Positions 39,101 to 49,648 of a DNA stretch of 64,000 nt are shown one piece after another. The stretch's first letter is position 1, and each line of letters begins with the position of its first letter. The stretch comes from Tubiluchus corallicola (lineage: Eukaryota; Animalia; Priapulida): NCBI GenBank assembly GCA_030141605.1, contig JAQGDQ010000378.1:162652-226651 (forward strand), in the 5' to 3' direction. The notes under the pieces are model-generated. The model saw only the letters and a list, made by a program, of their open reading frames with translations. It searched no databases and was not told the DNA's origin. The position numbers and the translations under genes are program-made.

Positions 39101-42100
39101 CTTAAAAATGCACCGGTTCACAAATTTGAACATTCATTGTCTGTTTTGACAAATTTCGCACCCCCTTGGCCTTTTTCTGTTATCTCGTCATAAAGAATGC
39201 CTGTAATGCTGCTAATCACCTTTCAGACACGAGTTTGGCGGACAACGCGTCCTTGACAACAATGCTGCCCAAACGCAATTTTCAGAGCATACCTAATTCT
39301 TGCGAAAAAGCCACTCAGCATTCTTTCCGACCTGCGAACTGGACAATAAAATTCGTGGACGACCTTGGATCAAAAACACACGCAGAGCAACATAAATTTC
39401 TACGAAGTATGTTCACCGCACTACACAAAAATACACAAAAATGTGTTTATTTGCTACTTCTAGTATGAGTAAACTCCTTACATTAGACACGCCTAAGTTG
39501 TCAACTATGTTCTAAACGAAAAAGAATGTATGATATTTGCATTGTTACTTACTACATTGCCATAATGTCAAATTTCCAGAAAAAGGCCAAAAGGGTGCAA
39601 AATTTGTCAAAGCAGATACAATGAATGTTCAAATTTGTGAAATGGTACATATTTAAGTGTACATTTTGTTCGTTTCAAATAAATGTATATTACATGATTG
39701 CTTAGTTCAAATTTTTTAAACGTTACTTTGCATTTCAGTTTTACCGAATGTAAATTTAAGACTTATACACAAAAATTAAATTGAATGCATTCAGAAAATG
39801 TAATTATAATTTAGGCCTTGTTTAACAAAGACAAAAATAAAAAACAATACAGCTACGTCGTATTGTCAATTTTTAATTGTATAATTTGTACATTTTGTAA
39901 TTTTATGCTAAATGGATGAATAAAAAATCTGAAAAATCTACATAACTCTTGTGTAATAGTAAAATTTATATAAAGGACTACAGGTGGATCTCAAAGCTAC
40001 AAAAGTGTTTATTAGCTAAACAATAGTTTAATAAAACAACACAAATGCAGTTAATGGCACTAGTAATAGCACGTAATGCAAGACATGGCATGATTTAGTG
40101 AAAAAAAACAGGAAGCAACATAAGTTGGTGCCTTTTTAAGTTTTGCAAATCAAATAACCATAATTTCTGGAAAAATAAAGCGTGAATTGCTTTCCAGAAG
40201 TAATTTCAACAGCAGAAATGAATTTACAGTTAATAGACACTTGGCTATCGATTAGTCATGTTTTTCACTGTTAATTCTCAAGTATTCAAAGAATTAAATC
40301 AGTTTTAAGACATAATGGGTTTATTGTCAAATGACCTGGCATAATTGGCAATAGTGGCACACAGCACAACACAATACAGGCTATTGTGAAAAATAACTAC
40401 TTACGATATGTTCTGCGGGCATTGCGGAGTATAGTTTAGCCGAAATCACGCCCTAGAGCAATATTCGATCAACCAAAAGATTTGCTCAGACGTATCGTGT
40501 AGAAGAAAGCCGGACAGACACAACCTTTAGACTTACAAGCTCTGCTATCTGTATTTACTTACTGTACTCTCTATCAATAATAATGCACTATCTAAATCTG
40601 GCGGCTTTTTCACCATTAATAAACTGTAAAAACTCTGTGCCTACACAGAACTTATAACCGATCTAAGTCCTGCCACGAAGAGGCGAAGCGTTGATTTAAA
40701 CTGCGCCAACACGACTCCCCAATTTTGTAATCAATTTGCGAAACATGTATGGGTTGGAAAGTGTAAACGAATGCTGAGTCACAAGTGTGCATAGGGTGTT
40801 TGTTTGTTTGTCCAACAAACAATCTTGCACATTTTCGACAGGAAATTGTTTCTATGGACAAATCGTGTCCAGTAAGTCACCAGGGGCTAATACACATTCT
40901 AATTAAAAAATTTTCTTTGACAAACAGGCAATTTCAGTCGAACTGTGAAAAACTGCAGGAGCTTGAGAATGAATTCATCTGACCGACTCACAACAGTGAA
41001 GGTCCACAAAATTGCACAAATTGGACAGGCAGTAGTGACTCTAGTGGAATTGACAATACAATTATGTAAACAGTAAAGACTAATTGCCTACAAAAGTTCG
41101 CTACTTCGGTATAATTTTCACATTTTGGTTTCAACAACTAGAAAGAGAATGGAACTGGTTTCTGTTATCTGAAATATAATCTGCACTTTCGTTGTCAAAA
41201 GCAAACAAACATGTATCGGTAGCTCGACATATAAACTAAACTTTGAAACTATTATAAATTCGTATTGGGGAGATTGAGAACAGGGAATATTGTAAATTAT
41301 GATGCGTTCTGACAGCTATAGGCCTACTATACAGTGCATTCAAGAGCAACATTTTGAATTTAAATTCTCAAAATCTGGCTACGAAACATATTTCTGGAAG
41401 TCTTTGAGCCTAAATTGGTAGTGCATTGTACTGATGACTATATAGTAACCTTAAAAACAGCCGCTATAAAATATATAAGTATACCCAGTGTTAAGGCAGA
41501 ATTTCATAACATTCTCTCTAAATTCTCGTTTACAGGTTTTTACACCTATCAAGATTAAATACTATAAATTTTTAAGTTATTCATTTTTTTACTTTCTACA
41601 ATACCTTGCTGGATAACATACAGTTTCTGTTGTTTAAATGCAGCTCCATTAATCCACTAGGTTGTTAGTGTACCTGATTACAAGGCAAACTTGGTAGTTA
41701 AGCAGCTTAATGTCAGATTAACATCTAGCATACCTCTCACTGAGTGCAAATTAACACTAATTATCAGTATAAAATTACTGCCTGTAATGTCAAATACCTG
41801 TATTTAAGAAGCTAAGTAAGTATTATGATATCAGACACTTTGAAATGGTGAACTGAATTACAAAATTATACGCAGATAATTTCCCTGTACTTACAGCACA
41901 TACTGCTGGAATTAAATTAGAGGTTCAAAATACCAACGAACAATTTTTGAACATGCCTAGTTATAATCTAAATGGTATCACTGCATTGTTATAACAATGC
42001 ATCATGCTTCAATTTTTTCATACTGGTAGTGGTGTGATATTTTTAGTTAAGTACTTTATAATTTGCTGTGTAATATCTTATATATATTGCAGTGACAAAT

Positions 42101-42871
42101 CACTGCAGTTTCCATTTTTATGCAGGGAATATGTGTTTTTATGTAACAACGATATTCAAAAATTAATAAATTGGAAATGTTTTGGGAAACTGAAGTTTCT
42201 GTAGCCCAAAAGTTAATTAGTAAAACTGCACAAGAATTTGCTTTTTCTAAGTACAAGTGTGTGATGTCATAATGTTATCAAATTGTTTGCACTCAAATGA
42301 TGAAATGTTGAAGGTAAATGGAAGTTTAAAAAAATTAATAATGTGCAATCTATAAAATACATTTTAAAAGCATTCTATAGTCTATGACAAATTACAATGG
42401 ATGTGATTTCAAAAACGTATAGAAAATGCTACAACTTTTGTCTCCAAAATAACAAGACAACTGTAGTCTTATACATACCCTAATTTCATGATTGACTGAG
42501 CCTGGTGTTTCTGGTGTGGACAGCAAGAGGACATTATTCTGTGTTCCTTTTACGACAATTTTTCTAGCTTTGTAGTACTCGTCCGTGGCTGTGTCGACCA
42601 CCAACAACTTGGCTTCATCGGGAAACTGTTTAACTCGTTCCACGACCTGCCGGTGGTTCTCGTTGGCGATGTTGATGTCGTTGACTTCAACGATGCGATC
42701 CCCGGCTTTTAAGCCGGCCGCTTCGGCAGGTGAACCTGGGTCCACTTTTCCGATGTACTGCCCAGGCTTGGACTTGTCAGCACGCAGGTTAAATCCATAT
42801 CCTTCGTAGTGTGACCATTTTACAATCCGGCACATGCGAGGTGCAGGCGCATCAGGAGGAATATCTGCCAT
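14943..42871 (-). CDS. NHERF1: NHERF/EBP50/Sip1-family scaffold with 17 PDZ domains and C-terminal ERM-binding motif (20 coding exons, about 2298 aa if all included)
   Basis: ATG at 42871; all 19 coding introns are phase 0 GT-AG; each PDZ shows the NHERF signature PRLC..KW..Y.GYGF.L...SPA..GL..GDR..EVNG.NV...H..VV..I...LLVVD; last exon ends MDIKQKYEMLNKL* like NHERF1 MDWSKKNELFSNL. Symbol is family-level; orthology to a specific vertebrate paralogue is not established. Confidence 0.88.
15407..15875. mobile_element. hAT-like MITE in last NHERF intron
   Basis: TIR TAGTGTTGCTCCGGATA ... TATCCAGATCAACACTA; 8-bp TSD CTATATAG/CTACATAG; many internal CGGATA/CGAATA motifs. Confidence 0.8.
16516..16695 (-). 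CDS. PDZ17 second half exon
   Basis: VVEKIKAISDETKLLVVDEATDSYYNSRDIKVSKDLGNIQYIKTPVPRPGSRLIGEPEVE; TAG acceptor, GTATGC donor; 180 nt. Confidence 0.88.
17030..17100. mobile_element. hAT-MITE terminal fragment
   Basis: GGCGCCCTAGGCTACAGCCTA...TAATACGCCACTG resembles the right ends of the MITEs at 6846-7208 and 12176-12751; matching left end not found. Confidence 0.4.
17657..17953. repeat. 59-bp x5 minisatellite spanning the PDZ17a exon-intron junction
   Basis: Unit GTGGAATGGCCTACATTATGAGATTGAGCCATTACCTGTGAGTGTGTACAGTGCTCCAC; minus-strand CAG|GTAAT donors at 17929, 17870, 17811, 17752, 17693. Confidence 0.95.
17929..18183 (-). CDS. PDZ17 first half exon
   Basis: DRAPETLAPREANIPSDAPQPRYCHVCKWPDFPGFGFSLVADKAGRGEFMGDIDADSPADFAGLKRGDRIIEVNKENVEHCTHSQ; 255 nt. 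Confidence 0.88.
19855..20292 (-). CDS. PDZ16 exon
   Basis: VPVTNILPAEEAVNVPRLCKIHKWPDFEGYGFCLVYNR...EEQLIE; AAG acceptor, GTAGCT donor; 438 nt. Confidence 0.82.
20815..21002. repeat. About 96-bp imperfect tandem duplication
   Basis: ATATGCATTTTATATATGA...GTATCTTACAA.ATAGTACAGCA...AATAAGGTA occurs twice. Confidence 0.7.
22397..22768 (-). CDS. PDZ15 exon
   Basis: VVSVISEIAEGAPKPRKCTICMWHNYEGYGFNLKYDK...ELLEAP; TAG acceptor, GTATGT donor; 372 nt. Confidence 0.82.
23092..23499 (-). CDS. PDZ14 exon
   Basis: IIEAVKEIAEDAPKPRLCTIHKWADYDGYGFTLEYDE...AEPERK; CAG acceptor, GTATTG donor; 408 nt. Confidence 0.82.
23817..24218 (-). CDS. PDZ13 exon
   Basis: VAERVEEVLNDAPEIRLCTIHKWPDYEGYGFNLKYDR...RVAEQ; CAG acceptor, GTATTT donor; 402 nt. 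Confidence 0.85.
24570..24929 (-). CDS. PDZ12 exon
   Basis: GPAPSARLCTIRKLPNYEGYGFNLQYDK...PLIKEK; AAG acceptor, GTAGGA donor; 360 nt. Confidence 0.85.
26093..26452 (-). CDS. PDZ11 exon
   Basis: APTHSVRQCTIRKWPDYEGYGFNLFYDK...PVREAE; AAG acceptor, GTACGT donor; 360 nt. Confidence 0.85.
27482..27850 (-). CDS. PDZ10 exon
   Basis: GPAPSARLCTIRKVPDYEGYGFNLHYDK...AQIPEQ; AAG acceptor, GTATGG donor; 369 nt. Confidence 0.85.
28040..28399 (-). CDS. PDZ9 exon
   Basis: GPAPSARLCTIRKVPNYEGYGFNLQYDK...PLVEQE; AAG acceptor, GTATGC donor; 360 nt. Confidence 0.85.
28572..28931 (-). CDS. PDZ8 exon
   Basis: Protein identical to PDZ9; AAG acceptor, GTATGC donor; 360 nt. Confidence 0.85.
29104..29463 (-). 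CDS. PDZ7 exon
   Basis: As PDZ8/9 except SNHVV for SDHVV; AAG acceptor, GTATGC donor; 360 nt. Confidence 0.85.
29843..30211 (-). CDS. PDZ6 exon
   Basis: VYTGVKPPRECVIHRWPDYKGYGFALRFNK...TKPIE; AAG acceptor, GTATGT donor; 369 nt. Confidence 0.82.
30676..31053 (-). CDS. PDZ5 exon
   Basis: VIPTSAPWIRECLVRKWPDFSGYGFTLRYIK...PGKVQ; AAG acceptor, GTATTT donor; 378 nt. Confidence 0.82.
31573..31974 (-). CDS. PDZ4 exon
   Basis: AVVNEIEKEPEASEEDTPPIRHCTIRKWPKYSGYGFTLQYKK...EEQPDT; AAG acceptor, GTATGA donor; 402 nt. Confidence 0.82.
32620..32686. repeat. 32-bp perfect tandem duplication
   Basis: AGCACCTATCTATGTGGTGCTAATGCCCATAA x2. Confidence 0.9.
33320..33751 (-). CDS. PDZ3 exon
   Basis: VEAVTAAIADLAVSTLPAPRLCHIRKWLDFEGYGFNLQYDK...DGIVVQ; TAG acceptor, GTGAGG donor; 432 nt. 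Confidence 0.88.
34297..34560 (-). CDS. PDZ2 second half and linker exon
   Basis: VVDKIRAIPHETKLLVVDRDTDSFYHSRGIP...TPVPRPRPGQ...EESEPTK; CAG acceptor, GTAAGG donor; 264 nt. Confidence 0.85.
36005..36095. repeat. About 45-bp tandem duplication
   Basis: TCTGCCACAA.ATTTGA..TAAAATTCAAGGTAATATGA.GAATG x2. Confidence 0.8.
37294..37512 (-). CDS. PDZ2 first half exon
   Basis: ELPDDAPIVRLCHLVKWADFDGYGFNLQYEKEKQAEFIG...ENLPHAQ; TAG acceptor, GTAATA donor; 219 nt. Confidence 0.88.
38915..39828. mobile_element. Foldback/long-TIR non-autonomous DNA element
   Basis: Arms about 38915-39179 and 39577-39828 are imperfect inverted repeats of about 260 bp (TTGTTAAACAAGGCCTAAATT ... AATTTAGGCCTTGTTTAACAA; CACAAATTTGAACATTCATTGT ... 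ACAATGAATGTTCAAATTTGTG). Confidence 0.8.
42479..42871 (-). CDS. First coding exon, PDZ1
   Basis: MADIPPDAPAPRMCRIVKWSHYEGYGFNLRADKSKPGQYIGKVDPGSPAEAAGL...NHRQVVERVK...HEIR; CAG acceptor at 42888 just upstream of the ATG; GTATGT donor. Confidence 0.9.
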
Positions 42872-44483
42872 TGCTTATGTTGCTTTTCTGGAACAAATAC
42901 AAAATTACCTCTTAATGATTGCCATTATCTATGCATTACAAAATTTTTAAAAGCACTTAAAAGCACACCTTTTTAGGCAGCATTATGAACCATAGCATTA
43001 TCTGTACATGTTGTAGAATATGTTGGTAACAATTTTACGAGGCTTTTAGAACCGATCTTATAATCTTATAGCACTATTTACAATGACTATAAGTTTGTGA
43101 TTTTAGAATGATTATCTTTATAACGCCTGTTCATGTAAATGTAATTTATAAGTCTTTTTAACTGTAAAGTGAGATCATATCGAGATCTCGATGTGATGCA
43201 TTATATAAATATTAAATTACTATATTATTATTAATTAATGCCAGCATAAGATAATTATTATAGACTATCTGAACTCAAATATCGTAACATGGCATTTTGT
43301 ACACGAGTTTTTCATAAAGATATGGTAAACAAGAAAACAATTTGTTTACAAAACAATTTCCGAAACCCATCCATCAGTAGTTAAAGAAATATTAGGAGTA
43401 TTGTGTAAAACATCTGACAAAAACATGTACACCTACACTGCACAGATTAGAAAACAAAAATTTTATATTCTACTATATGAGCTAGAAACTTTAAAAAAAT
43501 ACATTTCATATAGGCCTATACATGTTGGCACCCAAAATGTGTGAAACTCAATGATGCAAACTGCAAGCGCAACCTACTGGTCCTGTGCACTGACTTGACT
43601 TTCCTATCTGGACAATGCTTGGCTGGTGTAGGCAGGGGTAGTGGTCTACATCATGCTTAGTCCATTTTGTAAAGACTATGCAACTCTTTTTAGTAAATTC
43701 TTATACAACATCAAACTTCAAACACAAATGTAGAGTTTGAAGTGAAAAAAATAAACAAAATATTGTTATAAAAGTGATTAAAACAACAAGTGATTAATGA
43801 GCACAACATTGTAATAGGTCAATAATATATACGTTTATATATATATATATATATAGATGCTCTGATGAAGATTTTAATCGAAATTAGTTATTGATCAATT
43901 ACAATGTTGGTATTGTGCGCAATATTTTCATTACCCAGTACATTATAGCATCACTTGTAAAATGGGCATACACGGTATTTATTTTATTTTATTTCGACTG
44001 AAATAAACAAAATAACTTTTTTAAGGAGAAAAGCAACAAATGGTAAGGCTAATTTCCACGCATAATTTACATGCAAATAGCACGACAGTGTCTACAATTC
44101 TTCGTTTCTTCACAACTTTTAATGTTGTCCTCAAGTAACGCGTAAACAAAATAAAGTCTGTAAAAGTCTAAAACTCCACAAAAATCTATGTCACAGGTCT
44201 ATGGCCGGAGGAATATTCAGGAAGCAAAGCTTAACCAGCAGCATGCAATAGACATGCTAATGTGTAACCTACAATTACCAGAGCCCTACACAGTCACCTG
44301 CTGTCTGCACTGAATAATAAATATTCAATCTTGAAGCATGCTTTCAAAAAACCCAGCATGTCAACATTAGAGTGACAATCATAATGAAAAATCATAAACA
44401 TAAACAAGAAGCTTAATACAATGTCGGCCAGCAGGATTTATAGAAAAAGGCATACGAGTTGGACTGGCTTATTTATTTCCAAG

Positions 44484-44884
44484 CAGGGTTGTGGAGTCAG
44501 TACATTAAACTCCGACTCAGACTCCGGGTTCTAAAATTTTAGATGCAACTCCAACTCTGACCCCAACTCCGACTACTGCCTATAAATAATCGTTTGTAGA
44601 AGTCTCAATATTTAGCTACAGTGGCATTTCATCACTACTCTCTACGCTTGGAAAACAGTCTAGCTGCTTAAACACCAATACAAAATCGTTGTTAGGCCTA
44701 AATGTGTTAAAAGTTAAAAGTAACTGGAGTTTAAGTTTGTTTATTTTTAACCAACTCTAACACCGACTCCTTTAACAATAAGTGTACTCCCGAGTCCTGT
44801 GACTCCGACTCCAAAACCCTCAGTTTTAACAACTCCGACTACTTTAGCAGTAAATTTACTGCCGACTCCGACTCCACAGACCTG
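44484..44884. mobile_element. hAT-like MITE with (GACTCC)n subterminal repeats
   Basis: TIR CAGGGTTGTGGAGTC ... GACTCCACAGACCTG; 8-bp TSD TTTCCAAG/TTTCCAAC. Confidence 0.85.
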
Positions 44885-44923
44885 TTTCCAACCATTTCAA
44901 AATTACATTTAATTAACAAACTT

Positions 44924-45179
44924 GTAAAATAACTGCTGCAAAAAGATGACACTTCCTAAATGCTGGATATCAGATTGAATATCAAATGACCAGTTGTCAA
45001 ATAAACAAATCATACATGTACTGAGGGACTGAACAGTGAACAGGTGCACGTAAAATAACTGCTGCAAAAAGATGACACTTCCTAAATGCTGGATATCAGA
45101 TTGAATATCAAATGACCAGTTGTCAAATAAGCAAATCGTACATGTACTGAGGGACTGAACAGTGAACAGGTGCACGTAA
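44924..45179. repeat. 126-bp x2 near-perfect tandem duplication
   Basis: Units start at 44924 and 45050; this explains the internally repeated ORF 44909..45205. Confidence 0.92.
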
Positions 45180-46989
45180 TAACCCATAACCCTTAGAGTG
45201 CACAATCTGAATTGTATTCACAACCAGCCAAAGACTAAGCAACGATGATTACTAAGGTCAATGACTAAAGGGGAGGTGCGTAGTAAAAGATACTTAACAG
45301 CTACCTATGTAAGTCATAAAATGGTGACTTTTGAATGGCAGATGCAAAGTAGGTAGCCGGTACAACTTACAAGAAATAGAACATTTTGCTCAGAGGCATG
45401 CAATGCGAAAATAATGAGATGCTTTGACTTCAGCCACAAGATAAAATGTTTATGAATATCAGTAACTTTCCAGTTTATTAAAGCACCAAAAGTCGATTTT
45501 GCTATAGATAATAATCACAAATTTTGACAACCTTGAAACTCGTGAGGGCGTATAATTTACTATGCTCATATTTCCTGACATATTTCCCCTTGGTATTAGC
45601 TTCAAGATTTGCAGCATCAGACTTAGAAGTTGTCGGGAATATTATAGTTCAAGTCTAAAGAAATCAGAAACCCATGTCCTTATCTGCTGAATCAATACAT
45701 ATAGATCTTTATAAGTTAAGCACCTAAATAGTGAGCATTAATTAATGGAAGCCACTTACCTTTATGCAAAAAAAGTTGAGAACTTGACCATAAGTAAAAT
45801 ACATTACTTATTATATATTACATATTATCAACACGTTAATCTGCTCACTTTAACAGAGAGCTCTGAAAGCAGAGACTCCAATGGTGAATGCGTACAACCT
45901 GTTGTGCCATAGCGCATGTATGCTGAAAACCAAACAGCATCCGAATGCTATTCAAAATTTCACTGAATCACGTTTTTCTTACTTGAATTTTGACAAGACA
46001 ATTAAATTTCATTCTTCTCCAAAATTACCGCACAAGTTTACAAAAAATGACATTTTAGTCCCTAAAAATAGCCGATAATGCTAGGCCTTGCAAATGTTTT
46101 TGCAAAACTAACTATTGTATCTAGTGAATCACTGTAAAACCTATTTTTGCGAACAAGGAATGAGAAATGTAACATGATAACATTTATTCAATTTATTGTC
46201 CTTTATTAACCCCGAACTTGTATTATAACTTTTATAGTACTTAGCTGCTACATTACCAGTCTCAGTGTACAGAATTAAATGCTTTGACAAAGATATAAAT
46301 TCTTTTATTGCACAACTATAACAGGATCTGGAGCAGAGGTCAATGAAATAGAGGCTAGAATTTAATACAGATAAATAATTGGTACTCAACACATCCACCT
46401 TAAGGCTCAGATTGAGTCCTATTATTACCGTGATGGTAAGAACTTGGCAAAAACGTCTCAAGACAATGGCCTAGGACTAGGAGTGATCACGTGCCACAAC
46501 TTTAAACTTTGACACATTTTGATGAAGCATGCTAGACAGCTAACCACATGATTGACAGCTATGATTAAGAGATTTTTTGAACCAAGAACCAAAGTTAGAT
46601 CAGTTAAACAAGGTGTACGTTCAGCCAATTCTTGAATTCGCAAGTGTGGTTCAGGCCCCTTCAAATTTTTGGTATTAGAAATTGTAACAAGTGCAGAATG
46701 GATGCTTAAGGCCAAATTGTGTAACTGACCCCTGTATCTTCTCTGGCGGCTGCTGATTTGCGGGAAGCACACAAACATCTTCGCACGATAAATCATGCCT
46801 CCCAAGCTGTAGCAATTGTGGGTTTACGTGACACTTTTGAAGCCACATAAACATGCAAGCTAGAACGAACTGTTAAAAGGTACATTCTTCCTTTGTGATG
46901 TTATGAAATTACTTTACTTTAATGATGCACTGACTAAGACCTTAGACCTTCGACCTGTGCAATGTTCTCGTCATCTCTACTAGTGATGA

Positions 46990-47650
46990 AACTAAAATAG
47001 TCTGTGTGCACATGGTTGAAGGATATAGGCCTAGTTTGATACCAAAATCTTCTCCAATACTGATCTAACCTGACCTTGAATACATTAAGTGATGAGGCAG
47101 TGAGAACAACAGGATCTGACAATAAACTCCGGAGATTAAAAATCCACAATGAGATATAATGTTGCCTAACTGATGTCCTACAGTATGGTTTCTTCAATTT
47201 CGTTGCCATCTAGTTCCTGCTCATCAACTTCAAAGGTAAGTGGGAGGTTGTATGCACCCTGGATAAACTTGTAGCATTCTGTCATATCACCTCTTGCTCT
47301 TCCGTAATGCAAAGATGGTAATACGTAATGGCTGCCAAACGATCTTTGTAGTCCAATAATTTTAACCAGGAATCAATTCCTGTAATTTTCCTTTTTCAAG
47401 CAATTTATAATCCTTGACATAGCAAGGGTAAGTTACAACATGCCCATATTCCAACAAGAGCTTCACTGATGACTTATACAGTAGGATACCATTATTTTTA
47501 ACTGTGATGCATGAAGATTCTTCTTTATCAAACCCAGTAACATGTTACCATTATTGACTTGTAGTTGTAGTTCAGCATGTTTACTAAACTTTAGTTCATT
47601 ATCGACATGTAACCCAAGATCTTCAGTATTAGCTAATGACAAGAAATATT
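46990..47650 (-). mobile_element. Degenerate CR1-clade LINE 3' fragment (ORF2 C-terminal region)
   Basis: Fragments EDLGLHVDNELKFSKH, NMLLGLIKK, RARGDMTECYKFIQG, KLKKPYCRTSVRQHY and VVLTASSLNVFKVRLDQYW lie across frameshifts and resemble CR1 ORF2 C-terminal motifs. Confidence 0.8.
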
Positions 47651-48030
47651 GCAATAGTTTGCCAGAGTATACAATTCAAGGTGGGAATGGGCGCTTCTAA
47701 GAAATAACATAGTAAAATTTAAAAATGTCACATAGTGCAACGCATACAAGTTTAAAGCGATTTAATTTACTGTTAGTTTATTTATACTTTATTCAACCAT
47801 TATTTACCGTGAAACATGTACGATTACAGTATCCCAAGAAATAAAACGAAACCTTGCAAAACGAAGCTACCACAAACTTATCAAAGTTGTGCAATGTGCA
47901 GGCACTAGGATGTACTCGCGATGCAATGGTAACTCAACGCGTTAAGCACTCTCAAATCAATTTTAGCCTAAGCATCACGTTTCTGAAAAACACCCGCGGC
48001 CAAAAACAATATTATTTCAAATGAGCATGG

Positions 48031-48042
48031 ACTTACCGTGGT
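48031..48042 (-). promoter_or_regulatory. Candidate splice donor of a non-coding 5' exon of the NHERF gene
   Basis: Consensus CG|GTAAGT donor (exon end 48037) between the IQCE 3' end and the acceptor at 42888 that precedes the NHERF ATG. Confidence 0.4.
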
Positions 48043-49648
48043 CTTGTAAGTAACACAAAATATTGCCACACCTACATACCTGTTCACTCCAAGTTCAAGT
48101 AAATAATCATCAACAGCAAAAGAATACAAGGTGCGCGTGACGCACCGATGATCTCAAGCATGATCTTCACACCACTATCAAGCCAAACAGACACGTTGAG
48201 TCGTAAATGGGAACTTCTCAGGACGCATTCGCATTCTGTCATTTTCAAGGCACCATGTTCAAGAGAAACAAAGCAGCCATGGCCATGATCACAATAACTA
48301 ATTTTTAATTGTAGGATTCTTTTGCTAACAAATTTATATATGAGACTGTTAGAAAAAAATAATTATGCTAAACTTGGTTTTTACAAATCATCTGCAACAG
48401 AACTAATAAGGTTTCATTAATTGACTGTAATAAAATAAAATGAGTGTTCCTTGAAGGGTTTGGCAAGCAGAAACATAAGCTTTTTAAATGGAAATATTTA
48501 ATTAGTAAGGGCATACTCAGTTGGACACAATTTAATTTAGGTTCATACAAGAGATAACTATTTGCTGTACGCTAAACAGTTTTAATTTTTTAACTTACAT
48601 ACAAAAGTAACAATTAGTCATACAAAGCAATGCCAAAAATACACAGTAATTGTAGACAGTAATCGATATGTACAAATAATCACAATTAAATTAGTAGTAA
48701 AAGATTAATAAAAAGAATACTGTGCTGTTCAATGTTCAAAAACCACTCCAGCTAACAGAATACAGACCGTAGCAGTCAATATAAACTAATAAGTCCTGCT
48801 ACTTAAAATGCAGTAATAATTTTATGCACACCAAAACAAATTTATGATTCTATAAAAATTGCATAGCTATTATTAGCACGATGATATTACATAATTATAC
48901 TGAACTATAATAGCTACTTAAGATTACCTGTGTCAGTTATAACACTAAAAAATATAATGAGGCATTGTAACACAAGACACATCATTTTGCCTAAAAACTT
49001 TTAGACTACAGGTGTCACAAAAACAAGAACAGATTTAAACACACAATTTGTTCAGCATTTCGATAAACAAAATTGTTTAACAATAAAAATAGCGAAATTT
49101 GCTGTGAGCATTTCTTCCTATAAACAGGCCACTAGTTTTGGGTTCCAGCGCCCCGCCTGTTGTCAGACAGAATAACGAATCACTTTTCAATGTGCAAGTG
49201 CTGGTGTCACCATTGTCATATTTCATAACTATTCTAGTCAATAAAGCTCATTTGATTAGTGAACCACTTTGATGCGATTACTATCCTTTCCCCCATGTTA
49301 TATACAAATCAGCAGTAAATAATACATTGTATTGTGACTGGTAGCCTCTTGTGGAAATGCTTAAAGCAAGTCAGTCCAAGTAAATTAAATAGCCACAAAT
49401 TTGGTCTATATTCTCGCTACTTGGGGAGAGCTTGTTAATAGAAATCATCATGAAGTGATGTCTAAAGCTCAAGCAATGGCTATTATTATACTGCGTTGTC
49501 AGAGCAAAAATTGGAAAAACACTGGCATGTGCTTATTGTCATACTTGCACACACAGACTTTAAAAAATGCTAGTTAGCATCATTAGAAATATGAAATCGA
49601 AAAGCACAACAATTAAAATACAGCACAGACTCGGATTAGTGCATTAAA

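Noticed and set aside
17935-42809. Family of similar plus-strand ORFs (e.g. 24540..24983, 27947..28255, 28518..28787, 29053..29319)
   Set aside because: Antisense shadows of the repeated PDZ exons; their similarity is explained by the minus-strand repeats.
44909-45205. 98-aa ORF with an internal 42-aa repeat
   Set aside because: By-product of a 126-bp tandem duplication; no recognisable protein features.
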